Below are positions 63,352 to 64,000 of a stretch of 64,000 nt of DNA, one piece after another. The notes beneath the pieces were generated by a model. It did not search any database and was not told the origin of the DNA. It worked only from the letters and a program-made list of their open reading frames with translations. The translations under genes and the position numbers were made by a program. This DNA is from Naegleria gruberi. Lineage: Eukaryota. The stretch lies in the NCBI GenBank assembly GCA_000004985.1, contig GG738845.1; one strand, written 5' to 3'. How positions within the stretch are numbered: the first letter of the stretch is position 1; every line of letters starts with the position of its first letter.

Positions 63352-64000
63352 ATGGACAAAGTGTTAGAGGCCTCAACTTTGGAGATCGCATTGGAGGGAT
63401 TCAGAGGTTGCTCGTTCGAGAAATTAGTAAAACTCTTACAAGAATATCACGAGTATGATATAAAAGAAGACGAAGATATGCAAATATGTTTGTGGAGTTA
63501 TTTACTTAGAAATAGTAAACTTTCTTTCTTTAAAATAGTTCCGAACAATGGCGACTCTTCAACAACCAACAATACTCCACCACCTAAGCAGAAATCAAAC
63601 AAAAAAGCCCCACAAAAGAATGACTATCAATACACAACCGAAGGTTTCCAAGAGTATGCAGAGACTAGAAACAATTTCGATTCTCGTTTCTCCTCTAAAC
63701 GGTTGTTGGTTGATAACCTTTCTGAATTGGGTACACTACCAACATCAGATATTTGTATTGTTGCACAATTCGAATATAGAAAATTTGCTTTAGGTTTAGA
63801 TATTAGATCCGATGTTGAAATAAGTGAAATACAGTATTGCATGTTGGAAGAAGTTGGCCGGTCAAGATATAGTGGAAGGTTCCAAAATGATTTGACAAAA
63901 TACTTATGTATTGATTCAAGGTCAACTTTATATCACTTAAAACGGTTATACGGATTAAATTTACTTTTGAAAAAGTCTTCATATGATCCACGTTCTAAAA
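63352..64000 (+). CDS. GTF3C1: TFIIIC B-block-binding subunit (TFIIIC220/GTF3C1) N-terminus; partial, continues past the window end
   Basis: MDKVLEASTLEIALEGFRGCSFEKLVKLL... matches MDALESLLDEVALEGLDGL.L..LW.RL. IQYCMLEEVGRSRYSGRFQNDLTKYL.IDSRSTLYHLKRL matches [22 protein letters not shown]....KVDAGKLHYHRKIL of GTF3C1. Open to position 64000. Confidence 0.7.
   Translation, partial: MDKVLEASTLEIALEGFRGCSFEKLVKLLQEYHEYDIKEDEDMQICLWSYLLRNSKLSFFKIVPNNGDSSTTNNTPPPKQKSNKKAPQKNDYQYTTEGFQEYAETRNNFDSRFSSKRLLVDNLSELGTLPTSDICIVAQFEYRKFALGLDIRSDVEISEIQYCMLEEVGRSRYSGRFQNDLTKYLCIDSRSTLYHLKRLYGLNLLLKKSSYDPRSK

Noticed and set aside
4196-63991. Numerous 60-150-aa ORFs lying inside or antisense to long genes (e.g. 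4196..4495, 5178..5411, 12593..12895, 16649..17023, 23753..24175, 31134..31775, 35498..35740, 37186..37839, 42317..43039, 46969..47412)
   Set aside because: Each is fully contained in a much longer ORF with clear homology or coding periodicity on the other strand or in another frame. They show the S/F/L/C-rich bias typical of antisense to E/K-rich or AT-rich coding DNA.
1-64000. Prokaryotic interpretations: operons, defence islands, CRISPR arrays, integrons, prophage
   Set aside because: The features point to a eukaryotic nuclear genome: spliceosomal introns with GTAAGT donors, eukaryote-only gene families (SNAREs, CDK, AP-2, BBS4, IFT57, Commander, Lunapark), promoters of A/T-rich spacers without Shine-Dalgarno-like features, and an assembly gap. 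No direct-repeat or spacer arrays are present.
1-64000. tRNA, rRNA or transposable-element content
   Set aside because: I found no tRNA-like A/B-box words (e.g. GGTTCGAATCC), no rRNA-like conserved tracts, and no terminal inverted repeats, LTR pairs or transposase- or reverse-transcriptase-like ORFs. All long ORFs are accounted for by host genes.

Overview
This window is nuclear DNA from an AT-rich, very gene-dense eukaryote, not a prokaryotic locus. Evidence for that call:
- ORFs use the standard genetic code (they end on TAA, TAG or TGA).
- Many ORFs are broken by very short GT-AG introns of 30-110 nt, mostly starting GTAAGT or GTATGT.
- A 380-nt run of N at 27432..27811 is a scaffold gap.
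- Gene content is typically eukaryotic (spliceosomal genes, SNAREs, CDK, the Commander subunit CCDC93, cilium genes).

I count about 30 protein-coding genes, roughly one per 2.1 kb. Several convergent pairs have stop codons only 3-4 bp apart or overlapping, and some tandem pairs are 18-55 bp apart.

Confident homology calls, made from motifs I can read directly in the translations:
- UTP14 (1..2266, minus strand, 3' end outside the window; absent from the supplied ORF track)
- Lunapark
- DIS3/RRP44 exosome RNase
- a CDK
- IFT57
- a SNAPC4-like Myb protein with AT-hooks
- a syntaxin
- MCM-binding protein (MCMBP)
- a DUF4326 protein
- DDX27/Drs1 DEAD-box helicase
- a TspO/MBR protein
- AP-2 sigma
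- GRP170/HYOU1, ending in KDEL
- CCDC93
- BBS4
- a zf-HIT BCD1 protein
- an FKBP
- a Kelch protein
- a multi-repeat p25-alpha/TPPP protein
- Sec61 beta
- the N-terminus of TFIIIC220/GTF3C1, running off the window end

IFT57, BBS4, p25-alpha and a possible IC97/CASC1-like gene indicate an organism that builds cilia or flagella. A heterolobosean amoeboflagellate such as Naegleria is a reasonable low-confidence guess. There are no rRNA, tRNA, CRISPR or mobile-element signals.

Most notable structures:
- a giant coiled-coil gene of about 8.3 kb on the minus strand (20963..29239), interrupted by the N gap and by a 1-nt frame discontinuity, and containing internal repeats
- an uncharacterized 2490-aa protein
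- extreme 3'-end compaction between convergent genes
- a recurring E2F-like GC motif 15-60 bp upstream of five genes

The ORF track reports alternative (TTG/GTG) starts as M. True ATG starts are given where I could identify them.
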